Virus record (IMG/VR): IMGVR_UViG_3300037524_001161
Location: 1-28,257 of that record
Strand: one strand, 5' to 3'
Origin: a virus
Lineage: Duplodnaviria > Caudoviricetes
DNA: 28,257 nucleotides
Positions 14,974-23,956 of this stretch are shown here, piece after piece. Within the stretch, counting starts at the first letter, position 1. The number at the start of each line of letters is the position of its first letter. The position numbers were made by a program, and so were the translations under genes. The notes beneath the pieces are model-generated. The model searched no databases, had not been told where the DNA came from, and saw only the letters and a list, made by a program, of their open reading frames with translations.

Positions 14974-16428
14974 ATGAACAAATACAAAAATCACGTGGCC
15001 AAGCGCCGCGCATTCGAATCCTCCATCGGCCGCTGGGTCTTTGGCTTGCTGGGCCTCATCGGCGTTCTTTCCCTCTGTGGTGCCTTTGGCGATTCCACCC
15101 ATGGCGGCGTGGCGATGGCCGCCCTGCCATTCCTCGGCATCCGGCCGATGATCTGCGAGGAGTTCGGCGACGGCGGATCGGGCGGCGGTGCCGCGCTTTC
15201 CACCAAAGACTTCCAAGACAAGGTGCTCACGAGCGTGAAAACGATCAAGACCGACCAGGAGAAGCTGCTCACCAACTACGACAACCTCGACAAGGAAACC
15301 AAGAAAACCTTCGACGAGCTGACCAAGGTGAAGAACCAGTTCGAAGGCTACGATGCGCAGTTCAAACAGATCGACCTGCTCGTCAAGAAGCTGCAGGTGC
15401 AGCTCGCCCTGGAAAGCCGCATGGCCAACGGGGGCAATACCCTGACCTGCGGACAGCGCCTGATCCGCGACAAGGATGCCGCGAAGCAGGTGTTCGCGCA
15501 GGTGGCCCGCGCGATCAACATGCCGAGCGCCGCCCAGCGCGCGATCGGCGAGGACACCTCGCCCGGCAGCACGATGATCAATGACGAGCTGAGCCGCGAG
15601 ATCTATGACTCGCTGCTGCGCTACGGTGCATGGTCCACCCTCGGCGTGCGTGCCGTGGGCACCAAGACCCACAAGCTGCCCATCAAGACGGTGCGTGCCT
15701 CCGCAGGCGTGATCCTCACGGAAGGCGGCACCATCCCGCAAGACACCGCCAAGGCCGGCACCTCCGTCTCCCTGGAGATGGAAATCTATGCCGCGCTAAT
15801 CAACGTGAGCCTCCAGCTCATCGAAGACGGCGAGGTGGACGTGGTGGGCGATGTGATCGATGACCTGATCGAGGCCCTGAACTATCGCCTGGATTACTGC
15901 GCGTTCTCCGGTACCGGCGCGGCCGATGCCACCAACGGCGGAGTGACCGGCCTGTTCAACTTCGGCACGGCCGCCACCGCAGTGGCCACGCACACCACCA
16001 TCGCCACGACCGATTACAACGACTGGCTCAAGTGCCTCACCACGGTGGACGCGGCGGTCTTGTCCCGCCCGGCACGCTGGTGGATGCACCCGACGCTCTG
16101 CGCCGCGGCCATCGGAGTGAAAGACGGCAACGGCCGGCCGATCTTCCAGACGGCGCAGGAAAGCCCGATGGGCGGCATCCTCAACATGTTCGGCTTCCCG
16201 GTGACCATGGTGGGTGCCGCGCCGAGCACCAACGCGGCCTCCGCCAAGGTGGCGGCCTTCGGTGATCCGCGTGCCTTCGCCGTGGGGGTGCGTAAGCAGT
16301 TCGTGATCGAGGAAAGCGACCACATCGGATGGAACGAGCTGCAACGCTCATTCCGTGGCCACGGCCGCGCCGATGCGGTGGGCGTGAAAGCCTCCGCCCT
16401 CGCCGTGCTCACCCTGCCGGCCGCATGA
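14974..16428 (+). CDS. Major capsid protein, HK97 fold, with coiled-coil delta domain
   Basis: EGGTIP, VSLQLIED, GTG, WWMHP, KDGNGRPIF, FGFPV, FGD. Confidence 0.92.
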   Translation: MNKYKNHVAKRRAFESSIGRWVFGLLGLIGVLSLCGAFGDSTHGGVAMAALPFLGIRPMICEEFGDGGSGGGAALSTKDFQDKVLTSVKTIKTDQEKLLTNYDNLDKETKKTFDELTKVKNQFEGYDAQFKQIDLLVKKLQVQLALESRMANGGNTLTCGQRLIRDKDAAKQVFAQVARAINMPSAAQRAIGEDTSPGSTMINDELSREIYDSLLRYGAWSTLGVRAVGTKTHKLPIKTVRASAGVILTEGGTIPQDTAKAGTSVSLEMEIYAALINVSLQLIEDGEVDVVGDVIDDLIEALNYRLDYCAFSGTGAADATNGGVTGLFNFGTAATAVATHTTIATTDYNDWLKCLTTVDAAVLSRPARWWMHPTLCAAAIGVKDGNGRPIFQTAQESPMGGILNMFGFPVTMVGAAPSTNAASAKVAAFGDPRAFAVGVRKQFVIEESDHIGWNELQRSFRGHGRADAVGVKASALAVLTLPAA

Positions 16429-16434
16429 TCCAAC

Positions 16435-16474
16435 TGATGGCACGGCGAGAGTCCGACCCTCCGCCGCGCCATCA
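16435..16474 (+). other. Hairpin after the capsid gene (12/13-bp stem), possible mRNA stabiliser or partial terminator
   Basis: TGATGGCACGGCG / CGCCGCGCCATCA; no U-tract on the plus strand. Confidence 0.5.
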
Positions 16475-16503
16475 CCACCCCAAATAAAAACAGAGAAATC
16501 ATC

Positions 16504-16677
16504 ATGGCCAAGAAAACCAACACCGTGTTCGTCAAAGTCACCGGGCAACCCGTGGGCGAAGACGGCAACCACTACGCGAAGGGGGAAGTCTTCGAGACCA
16601 CTCCGGAGCGCGCTGAAGCCCTCGGCACCCTGGTGGAAATCACCACCGCACCGGCCGCCACTGAAAAGGACGGCTGA
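16504..16677 (+). CDS. Small post-capsid protein (57 aa, not in the ORF track)
   Basis: MAKKTNTVFVKVTGQPVGEDGNHYAKGEVFETTPERAEALGTLVE..., typical DG..Y..G...E....A..L small head-associated protein. Confidence 0.75.
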   Translation: MAKKTNTVFVKVTGQPVGEDGNHYAKGEVFETTPERAEALGTLVEITTAPAATEKDG

Positions 16678-16699
16678 TAACCGCTAAGCGGCCACACCC

Positions 16700-17308
16700 A
16701 TGCTCGACGCCGGACTCTGCACCCTCGCCCATTTGAAAAGCCGCATCCTACCGGAAGCGGCGAGGATGGATACGGAATATGATGCCGCGCTGGGCAAACT
16801 CGGCCTCGCCATTGCCGGGCGGATGGAAGGGCACTGCGCCCGGAGGTTCGCCCGGCTCTCCGGCGCGGTGGATGAGTTTTCCGCTCTCACACTTTCCGTC
16901 TGCCTCCGCCGCCAGCCGCTGGAAACCATTTCCTCCATCCAGATCCGCACCTTCACGGGAGTGCCGGAGGATTATGATGGAGACTACCAGTTAGACCCGA
17001 CCGCCGGGCTCATTTCCTTTGCCGCCATCCCCGGCCACTCCACCGAGCGCATCATCGTCACCTACACCGGCGGCTATTGGTTGGATGACGAAAACGGCAC
17101 GGCCATGCCATCCGGTGCCACGCCGCTGCCGGACGATTTGTTGGATACCTTTGTTTCCGAGGTGCAGCTCCACGCCGAGACGCGCGGGATCTTCGCCGCC
17201 GTGGGCCTGCGCTCCGGCAGTGAGAAAGACAAGGCCCGCCTCATCAACGGACTCTCGGACGACACCATCGAAGCCCTCCGCCCTTACCGCCGCTTTTCCG
17301 GCGAATGA
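16700..17308 (+). CDS. Head-tail connector/adaptor
   Basis: LCTLAHLK, EGHCARRF, IVTYTGGY, LPDDL, LRPYRR. Confidence 0.8.
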   Translation: MLDAGLCTLAHLKSRILPEAARMDTEYDAALGKLGLAIAGRMEGHCARRFARLSGAVDEFSALTLSVCLRRQPLETISSIQIRTFTGVPEDYDGDYQLDPTAGLISFAAIPGHSTERIIVTYTGGYWLDDENGTAMPSGATPLPDDLLDTFVSEVQLHAETRGIFAAVGLRSGSEKDKARLINGLSDDTIEALRPYRRFSGE

Positions 17309-17312
17309 AACC

Positions 17313-17906
17313 ATGATCAATCTCTCCATCCGCGTCACCAAAGACCAGAGCGCCGCATTGCTGGCGCTGCGGGGTGGCACGGCGCGGTTGCTGGCCCCGC
17401 TGGCACGGGCCTTCGGCAGTGGCGCGCAGGAAGTGTTGGGCCGCGCGGTGAAGAACCGCTTCACCGGCAAGGGGCCGTTTCCGGTGGCGGAAAACCGCCT
17501 CGGCGTCCGCACCAACCGCCTGCGGAAATCAATGCGTGCAACGCCCTTGCAGATCGATGGCAGCACCGGTGCAGCGAGCATTTCGATGGGTTCGAACGTC
17601 TCTTACTACCGCGGCCATGAGTTCGGCTTCCGGGGCCGTGTCCAGGTCAAGGGCCACAGCCGCCGCACCGTCGCCAACAACCAGCGCACCACTCGCGGAC
17701 GCCTCACCCGCGCCAACATCAACGCCGAGAAGAACCGCATCAAGAGCCGTGGCCGCGCGGGTTTCTCCTACGTCAAGCCGCACAGCCGCCGCATGGTGAT
17801 CCCGGCCCGCCGCCCCCTGGGCACGGAACTGGCGAGCCTACAGACCCGCCTCACCTTCTATCAAAAGTTCAACGCCGCGCTCCGCCGCATCCTCAAAATC
17901 TCCTGA
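17313..17906 (+). CDS. Virion morphogenesis/tail completion protein (Mu G-like)
   Basis: LGVRTNRLRKS, GSNVSY...HEFG, IPARRPLG. Confidence 0.78.
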   Translation: MINLSIRVTKDQSAALLALRGGTARLLAPLARAFGSGAQEVLGRAVKNRFTGKGPFPVAENRLGVRTNRLRKSMRATPLQIDGSTGAASISMGSNVSYYRGHEFGFRGRVQVKGHSRRTVANNQRTTRGRLTRANINAEKNRIKSRGRAGFSYVKPHSRRMVIPARRPLGTELASLQTRLTFYQKFNAALRRILKIS

Positions 17907-17907
17907 A

Positions 17908-17940
17908 CTCTTCCACTGCTCACTGATCACTGATCACTCA
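17908..17940 (+). repeat. Heptamer array CACTGCT/CACTGAT upstream of ATG 17945
   Basis: ctcttc cactgct cactgat cactgat cactca. Confidence 0.9.
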
Positions 17941-17944
17941 CCCC

Positions 17945-18448
17945 ATGCCCGCCGCCCCACCAGTTGTCACCACCGGCACCGTCTCTCCCGGCGAGATCGA
18001 TCCCATGCTGGATGCGATCCGCCAGGCGATCATCGACAGCGACACCGGTGCGCTCGTCGAGTTCGGCGCGCGGCAGGTGGTCGTCGTCTCTCCCCAGGAC
18101 ACCGAGCAAACCATCGATGCCGCCATCAAGCAGGCAATCGCCATGAACAAGGGCCTGTGCCTCCTGCTCATCGGCGGCAGCGCCACCAACCCGAACAAGG
18201 ACGAGGAGGGGCCGGTGCTCAATCTCGAACTCGAAGCCCAGCTCTACGTTTCCACCCGGATCCGCGGCAAGGCTGCGCGGCCCGTGATGCAACTCATCAC
18301 CGAGCTGGCGAAGTTCCTGCATCACGCCCGCATCCGGCCATCCTCGGCACACTGGATGGAGCGCATTTACTGCATCGGATTCGATCCCTTTCCAGATCCC
18401 GACTACACCGCCTACAGCATCCGCTTCGAGCGGGAAATCACCCTCTGA
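17945..18448 (+). CDS. Putative tail terminator
   Basis: Size, alpha/beta pattern and position before the tail tube gene. Confidence 0.55.
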   Translation: MPAAPPVVTTGTVSPGEIDPMLDAIRQAIIDSDTGALVEFGARQVVVVSPQDTEQTIDAAIKQAIAMNKGLCLLLIGGSATNPNKDEEGPVLNLELEAQLYVSTRIRGKAARPVMQLITELAKFLHHARIRPSSAHWMERIYCIGFDPFPDPDYTAYSIRFEREITL

Positions 18449-18481
18449 TAGACCACCAACAACCAATAGAAAAACAAGACC

Positions 18482-19042
18482 ATGGCCGCATACACCACCA
18501 TCCGCCGCGAGCTGCTCAATGCCCGCGTTTATTTCATCCCCGCAGGGGAAGTCGTCGATGCCAATCCGGCACTCTCCGCCATCACAACATGGCCGGATAA
18601 CAGCCCCACCACGAACTACACCGCCTTCCAACTCCAGGATACGGAGACGCTCAAGGTGGAGCGCGAGTTCGAGGAGGAAACCTTCAAGATCCCCAAAGCC
18701 GCCGGCGGCTACATGGACGATGTGGAGAGCACACTCAAGAAGGTCACCTACACCGGCAGCACCGCCAAGACCAACAGCCTGCTCAAGCAGTTGGAACACG
18801 GCCTCGCATCGCAGCCCGTCGTCGGCACCGCGCAATCGCCCTTCGCCCGCAACGATGACTTCGTGGAAGGCCTCGCGTTCATCGAGCTCCAGAACAAGAC
18901 CGGAGTCGTCACCGAGCGCATCCAGGTCTGGAGCCGCATCCGCCTCACCGATCCCGGCGAGGTGGGACCGAACACCAAGAAGCTCACCTACACCCTGGAA
19001 GTGCGCGACTCCACCCAGAACAGCTACCTGCTCGTTGCCTGA
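18482..19042 (+). CDS. Putative major tail (tube) protein
   Basis: 186 aa, beta-rich, strong codon bias, synteny; no sheath gene present. Confidence 0.65.
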   Translation: MAAYTTIRRELLNARVYFIPAGEVVDANPALSAITTWPDNSPTTNYTAFQLQDTETLKVEREFEEETFKIPKAAGGYMDDVESTLKKVTYTGSTAKTNSLLKQLEHGLASQPVVGTAQSPFARNDDFVEGLAFIELQNKTGVVTERIQVWSRIRLTDPGEVGPNTKKLTYTLEVRDSTQNSYLLVA

Positions 19043-19048
19043 GCCAAC

Positions 19049-19097
19049 TTGTAGCGGCGGTCTGCGACCTTCGCAGGTTTCCAGACCGCCGCCACAA
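19049..19097. repeat. Inverted pair of GTAG-family REP-like units (REPIN-like hairpin)
   Basis: TTGTAGCGGCGGTCTG ... CAGACCGCCGCCACAA (15/16 stem). Confidence 0.75.
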
Positions 19098-19111
19098 CAT
19101 CACCCACCGCC

Positions 19112-19513
19112 ATGCCTGCCAACCCGCCCGTCGTTTACGTCCCGCCATCCGCCGGTGGGCCGCCCGCCGCGCCCAATGCCGTCTTCGCGCCAGCTCCCGC
19201 TGGCAAGGCCGTGCTCTCCATCTCCGGCGTGGCCACCGCCGGCATCAACGGCAATGTCATCTACTGCGGCCTGATCAATAACAAGCCGGCCTGGAGCACG
19301 GACGGCACCAAGACGCCGGGCGCATCCAACACCATCGTGGAATACATTTCCGGCACGAGTTGGAAAGTCAGCCGCGGCAGCAGCTACAGCGCCACCAAAG
19401 TGAGTGCCGCCGCCAGCCCGGACGGCCTCACCTCGTGGACCGTGGGCACCGGCAGCGGCAGCCCCGTCATCGCCGCCTTCGCCGTGCCAACTCCGCCCGT
19501 GATCACTCCTTAA
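19112..19513 (+). CDS. Pro-rich-armed small beta protein, paralogue 1 (possible tail decoration)
   Basis: MPANPP..., ISG, NNKPAW, PTPPVI. Confidence 0.7.
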   Translation: MPANPPVVYVPPSAGGPPAAPNAVFAPAPAGKAVLSISGVATAGINGNVIYCGLINNKPAWSTDGTKTPGASNTIVEYISGTSWKVSRGSSYSATKVSAAASPDGLTSWTVGTGSGSPVIAAFAVPTPPVITP

Positions 19514-19519
19514 AGTGCC

Positions 19520-19594
19520 GAGTGAGCAGTAAGCAGTGAGCAGAAAAGACCAACCACACACCTCTTCCACTGATCACTGATCACTGATCACTTT
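19520..19594. repeat. Inverted pair of heptamer arrays (CAGTRAG x3 ... CACTGAT x3)
   Basis: 19520-19540 and 19568-19588. Confidence 0.85.
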
Positions 19595-19608
19595 CAACTG
19601 CCACCACC

Positions 19609-20124
19609 ATGCCTGCCAACCCGCCCGCCATCCACACGCCGCCCAGCCCGAGCCCATCGGCTCCGGGCGCGGTGCATGTGGTGCCAGTGGCGGGAGGGAG
19701 TGGCATCATGATTTCTGGCGCGGGATACGCTCCGGTCGAGGGACTGGTTTTACCCGCCCCGGACTTTTCGTCCAAGCCGGCATGGACGAGCACGGGAGAA
19801 GATTTCGCCGCCCTGGTGGTGGGTAGCATCTCATTCAGTGCCGTGGTCTTCTATTCCGCCGCCTGGCGCGTGGTGCGTGTCACGCCGGGATTCCCATTCG
19901 TTTACGATGCCTATGCAATATCGGAAGGAGATACCCCCTTGGGCCTGACCTATGAAATGTCCATGGAAAGCGTCGGCGTGCCACCCACTCTGACGGCTGC
20001 AGGAGGCATTCCCACCCCGCCCACCATCGTCACCGGCGCTCCTGCCGCCGCGCCCGCCACACCCGGCGCCATCCACGCCGCGCCCACGCCAAGCCCCGGC
20101 ACGCCGCCCGCCATCATGCCATGA
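19609..20124 (+). CDS. Pro-rich-armed small beta protein, paralogue 2
   Basis: MPANPP..., ISG, SKPAW, PTPPTI; first 19 coding nt identical to paralogue 1. Confidence 0.7.
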   Translation: MPANPPAIHTPPSPSPSAPGAVHVVPVAGGSGIMISGAGYAPVEGLVLPAPDFSSKPAWTSTGEDFAALVVGSISFSAVVFYSAAWRVVRVTPGFPFVYDAYAISEGDTPLGLTYEMSMESVGVPPTLTAAGGIPTPPTIVTGAPAAAPATPGAIHAAPTPSPGTPPAIMP

Positions 20125-20555
20125 TCCAGTCGCTTTGGAAACTCACGCTCGATCCATCCGGCACTCCTCTGGTGATCCTCAACACCGGCGACGCGCTGGA
20201 TGACGAGTTGCGGTTTTCAATCCGCAAGGGGCTGGAGGTGGTGGACCTGGAAAACTCGGAATCGCCGTTTCTGAGGCCGCGCAAGAATGTCGTCTATCAG
20301 TTCACCTTCGAGCGCCGGATCATCGTGGCCTCGGATGCCGCCGCCCGCTCCGCCTTGATCGACTGGCTCATCACTCTGGCACCCTACGGCAAGAAGCCCC
20401 TCAAGGTGGAGTTCACCGGCGAGAATGATTTCTGGACCTTCGCCAACTCATTCGTGACCGGAGTCGATACGGTGCGGAAGATCACGGACAAGAACCCGGC
20501 CTATCTCTTGTCCATCACCATCAACGCCACCGGCCTCACCAAAACCGTCGTCTGA
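20121..20555 (+). CDS. Tail protein, possibly distal-tail-like
   Basis: 144 aa alpha/beta protein in the tail operon. Confidence 0.5.
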   Translation: MIQSLWKLTLDPSGTPLVILNTGDALDDELRFSIRKGLEVVDLENSESPFLRPRKNVVYQFTFERRIIVASDAAARSALIDWLITLAPYGKKPLKVEFTGENDFWTFANSFVTGVDTVRKITDKNPAYLLSITINATGLTKTVV

Positions 20556-20557
20556 CC

Positions 20558-22213
20558 ATGGCAGAGGAAAAGTTCCAATACACGCTCACCCTCGCCACGC
20601 AGGCCACCGGCAACGGGGCCAAGCAAACGGCGGATGATCTGCTGCGAGTTGGCGGAGCCACCCGCCAAGTGCGCGAGGGCATGGATGCCCTCGGACAGCA
20701 GGCCGTCCGCACCGCCCGCCAGACCGATCAGTTGGCTGACTCCACCCGCCAGATGGGCACCAGTGGTGCCTACAACAAGGGCGGGGCGAACGCCGGCACG
20801 GCCATCCTTGAAGCATCGCGTGCCCTGGAGGACCTCCAATTCGGCCTTCGAGGCGTACTTAATAACATCCCCTCGCTCATCTTCGCCCTGGGCGGCAGTG
20901 CGGGCCTCGCCGGTGTGATCTCCGTGGCGGCCGTGAGTGCCAGCGTACTATGGACGAAATTTTCCGGCGGGGCCAAGAAGGCGAAGGAGGATACCGGCGA
21001 CTTGTTGGATACCTTCAAGCAACTCGTGGAGGTTTACACCGAGCTGGACCAGACCAATGCCGAGGACCGGCAGAAGGCTGCGGAGACCGCTGCAAAGGGT
21101 CTGCAAACGGCCATCAACTCCATCAGCCTGGGCCAACTCATCACCGGCAACCGTGCCGGTCTAACCGCCGCGCGCGAGGTGGCTGCCGCCTCGCTGCAAC
21201 TCGCCCAAGACCGCAACCGCCTCGCGGAAGTGGAGAAGGCCGTCACCCTCGCCAGCGGGCAGGATGCCGTGCGACTTGCCAAAGAACGCGAGGCCATCGT
21301 CGCGCGCATCTTCGACAGCGAGCGAGCCATCACCGAGGCCGGCCGCCAGCGTGAGCTATCCGACGCTGGCGGCAAAGTGGCAGGAGCCCAGGCCAAGGTG
21401 GATGCCACCAAACAATCCGACGCTGTGCTCGCAGAACAAGCTCGCCTTTTACAGGCTCAATACACCGAGCTGCGCACCGCCGCCGAAGAGGAAACCCGCA
21501 TCCGGGTGGCGGCATCCCTGAGATACAACGAGGAGCTTGATGCCGCCCGCGCCGCGCTTGCCGCCCGCAGCAAGGAACTGGAACTCGATCCCAACCGCAT
21601 CGACATCCTCGCCCCCTTTGAAGCTGCGGTGGATCGCTTGCAAGCCACCGTCAACGCCCTTGCCGCGCCTACGGCTGAGGAGACCAGGAAATTCGCCGAG
21701 GCTGATAGACCGTTCAAGGCGCTCAATGATCTCCAGCCCAAGCTCGACGCCAGCGCCGAAGCCCAGCGCGAGGCAGCCCGTGCGATGACCGAGGCATCCC
21801 TCGCGCTTGCCAACCTCCGCCAGTCCCAGGACATCAGTCGCACGAGCGAGGCGGAACTCAAAGCCACCGAGGAGATCGGCCGCGTGGGGCAGGATGTGAC
21901 GCAGGCCGCGCGCGATGCCATCGCCGCCATCCTCGCCAATGCCGCGCAGCAAGGCCGCGCACCCAACGCCGGCGAGCAGGAAGCCATCGGCCGCGCACAG
22001 CAACTCCTCACCGACACCACGCCGGACGCACAGCAGGGCAGCCAGCTTGCAGGCCTCTTGCAAAGCCTCGGCAACAACCTCAGCGCAAAGGACGCCGTGC
22101 TCTCCAGCGGCATCAACCAGATCATCACCACCACCAAGGGCCTTGCGACGAAATACCAGGGCCTCGCGGATCGCTTGAGCGACCTGCAAAACCAGGTGAA
22201 CCAAATCAAATGA
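20558..22213 (+). CDS. Tape measure protein (551 aa)
   Basis: Ala/Gln/Glu-rich helical sequence with LEDLQFGLRGVLNNIP and a hydrophobic stretch. Confidence 0.85.
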   Translation: MAEEKFQYTLTLATQATGNGAKQTADDLLRVGGATRQVREGMDALGQQAVRTARQTDQLADSTRQMGTSGAYNKGGANAGTAILEASRALEDLQFGLRGVLNNIPSLIFALGGSAGLAGVISVAAVSASVLWTKFSGGAKKAKEDTGDLLDTFKQLVEVYTELDQTNAEDRQKAAETAAKGLQTAINSISLGQLITGNRAGLTAAREVAAASLQLAQDRNRLAEVEKAVTLASGQDAVRLAKEREAIVARIFDSERAITEAGRQRELSDAGGKVAGAQAKVDATKQSDAVLAEQARLLQAQYTELRTAAEEETRIRVAASLRYNEELDAARAALAARSKELELDPNRIDILAPFEAAVDRLQATVNALAAPTAEETRKFAEADRPFKALNDLQPKLDASAEAQREAARAMTEASLALANLRQSQDISRTSEAELKATEEIGRVGQDVTQAARDAIAAILANAAQQGRAPNAGEQEAIGRAQQLLTDTTPDAQQGSQLAGLLQSLGNNLSAKDAVLSSGINQIITTTKGLATKYQGLADRLSDLQNQVNQIK

Positions 22214-23955
22214 GTTGGACCATCAAAGGCGAGGCAGGAGCCGCGTTGGACGCCACAGTCCGCACGCTGGCCAGCCTCAACGTGTCCGAGGCCAAGCTCA
22301 CACTCACCTCGCTTGATGCCGACAAGTTCGAGTGGACGGCCGCCACCTCAGATCCCACCGGGGCGGGCACCATCGTGCCGGACGCCGGCCAGCTCGTGGA
22401 GGTCTTCTACTCCGGCACCCGGCGCTTCCGGGGTCATGTCACCATCCCGCGAGTGACCACCGGCCAAGTGATCGTGACGGTTGAAGGCCCATGGTGGTGG
22501 ATGACCCGAATCCCGCTCACCCAGATCCAGGCGGACGATACCGCCGCCACCGCCGAGCGGCCGAGTTATGTCTTCCCCACTCAATCGCTCAAGACCAGCA
22601 TCGAGGCACTCATCGACCGCGCCATCGCCAATGGCGTGCCCATCATCCGCGGCAGCGTGGCCGCGATGTTCGACTTCCCGCGCATCACACTGAGCGAGAA
22701 ATCCTGCGCCCAGGCACTCGCGGATCTCATGAGCATCTGCCCGGATGCCGTCGCCTATTTCGATTACAGCTCGGCCAGCGGATTTCCCACGCTCAACATC
22801 ACCCGGCGCGGTGTCATGACCGACACGACGCTCACCCTTGGCACTGATGATATCGAGCGGATCGATCTATCCCCCAGGCTGGATCTGGAAGTTTCGCAGG
22901 TCAAGATCGGCAGCGTCACCCGCAATGTGACCACCGGTGCCAACACCTGGGCCACCCAGACGAGCGGCACCAGCGTGCCAGGCAAAAACCAGATCCTCGT
23001 GACAAGCGGCCCCGAGGTGGCGGACTTCCTGCCCAAGGACCGCTTCGACCAGGTGGCCATCCAAACCTTCACGATGCCCACCGGCGGTATCCCCATCGGC
23101 ATCCTCACGACCAGCTCGCCACACAGCGCCACCGGCGTCACCGGCGCGGCCAAGGATTTCGCGCTCCAGAACGACGAGAACCTCGCCACGATGATCCGCG
23201 AGTTCGGGACGTCGTTTTCCTCCTACCTCATCCTCAGCAACGGCGGGCGCTATCTCGTCAGCCTTTTCACCACCGGCAACCTCAATGGCGCACCCGGCGT
23301 ATTTCTCGACAAACCGAACCTCATCTCCAAAGCGGCAACCGCCGGACTCTTCGTCGTCAACAGCGCCGATCCCATCCCGGACTGGCTCAAATGGGAAAAC
23401 GGCTACACCGTCCAGGACGCTACCTTCACGGCCTATGTTCGCTACACGCGCGGCGCGTTGACCGCCGCGCCGTCGTGGTGGGATGAGGCGATCCGCCGTG
23501 CGGAAAGTGTGTTGGTGGGCTATCCCGCCAACACCGGAGGATCAACCGGGCAGCAGCAATACAACGCTTTTTTCCCGATCAACATCCCCTGCAAACTTGT
23601 AAGCGTCTCGCACCCTGCGCTCACCACCATCTATCGGCAGTGGGATTACGATTACGTCAACCCGCCAGCCGGACTGGCCACCGCGCTGCTCGGCACGCAA
23701 AACTGGATTCCTTACGAGGGGCAGATCCGCCTAGTGGCCGATGCCGTCGATGGCATCCAAGACCTGTATCGGAAATACAACGTCAGCGGCAGCCTCGCCG
23801 CCCATGCCGCGATGGGCGCGCTACCCAAGCGCCTGCAATACGACATCACCCAAGGCCGGAAAACCATCGAGCTGGGAGCCCCTGCCCGCACTGACTTCGG
23901 CAGCCTTGCCAGCCGATTCCGCCGCAGCCCCAAGGACAACATCATTTACATCTGA
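22210..23955 (+). CDS. Baseplate hub/tail tip protein
   Basis: RRFRGHV, VTVEGPWWWM, hub-like C-terminus TIELGAP; follows the tape measure gene. Confidence 0.7.
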   Translation: MSWTIKGEAGAALDATVRTLASLNVSEAKLTLTSLDADKFEWTAATSDPTGAGTIVPDAGQLVEVFYSGTRRFRGHVTIPRVTTGQVIVTVEGPWWWMTRIPLTQIQADDTAATAERPSYVFPTQSLKTSIEALIDRAIANGVPIIRGSVAAMFDFPRITLSEKSCAQALADLMSICPDAVAYFDYSSASGFPTLNITRRGVMTDTTLTLGTDDIERIDLSPRLDLEVSQVKIGSVTRNVTTGANTWATQTSGTSVPGKNQILVTSGPEVADFLPKDRFDQVAIQTFTMPTGGIPIGILTTSSPHSATGVTGAAKDFALQNDENLATMIREFGTSFSSYLILSNGGRYLVSLFTTGNLNGAPGVFLDKPNLISKAATAGLFVVNSADPIPDWLKWENGYTVQDATFTAYVRYTRGALTAAPSWWDEAIRRAESVLVGYPANTGGSTGQQQYNAFFPINIPCKLVSVSHPALTTIYRQWDYDYVNPPAGLATALLGTQNWIPYEGQIRLVADAVDGIQDLYRKYNVSGSLAAHAAMGALPKRLQYDITQGRKTIELGAPARTDFGSLASRFRRSPKDNIIYI

Positions 23956-23956
23956 C

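Noticed and set aside
1051-19594. Repeats as a CRISPR array
   Set aside because: Units are 7-8 nt tandem or isolated hairpins with no repeat-spacer periodicity and no cas genes
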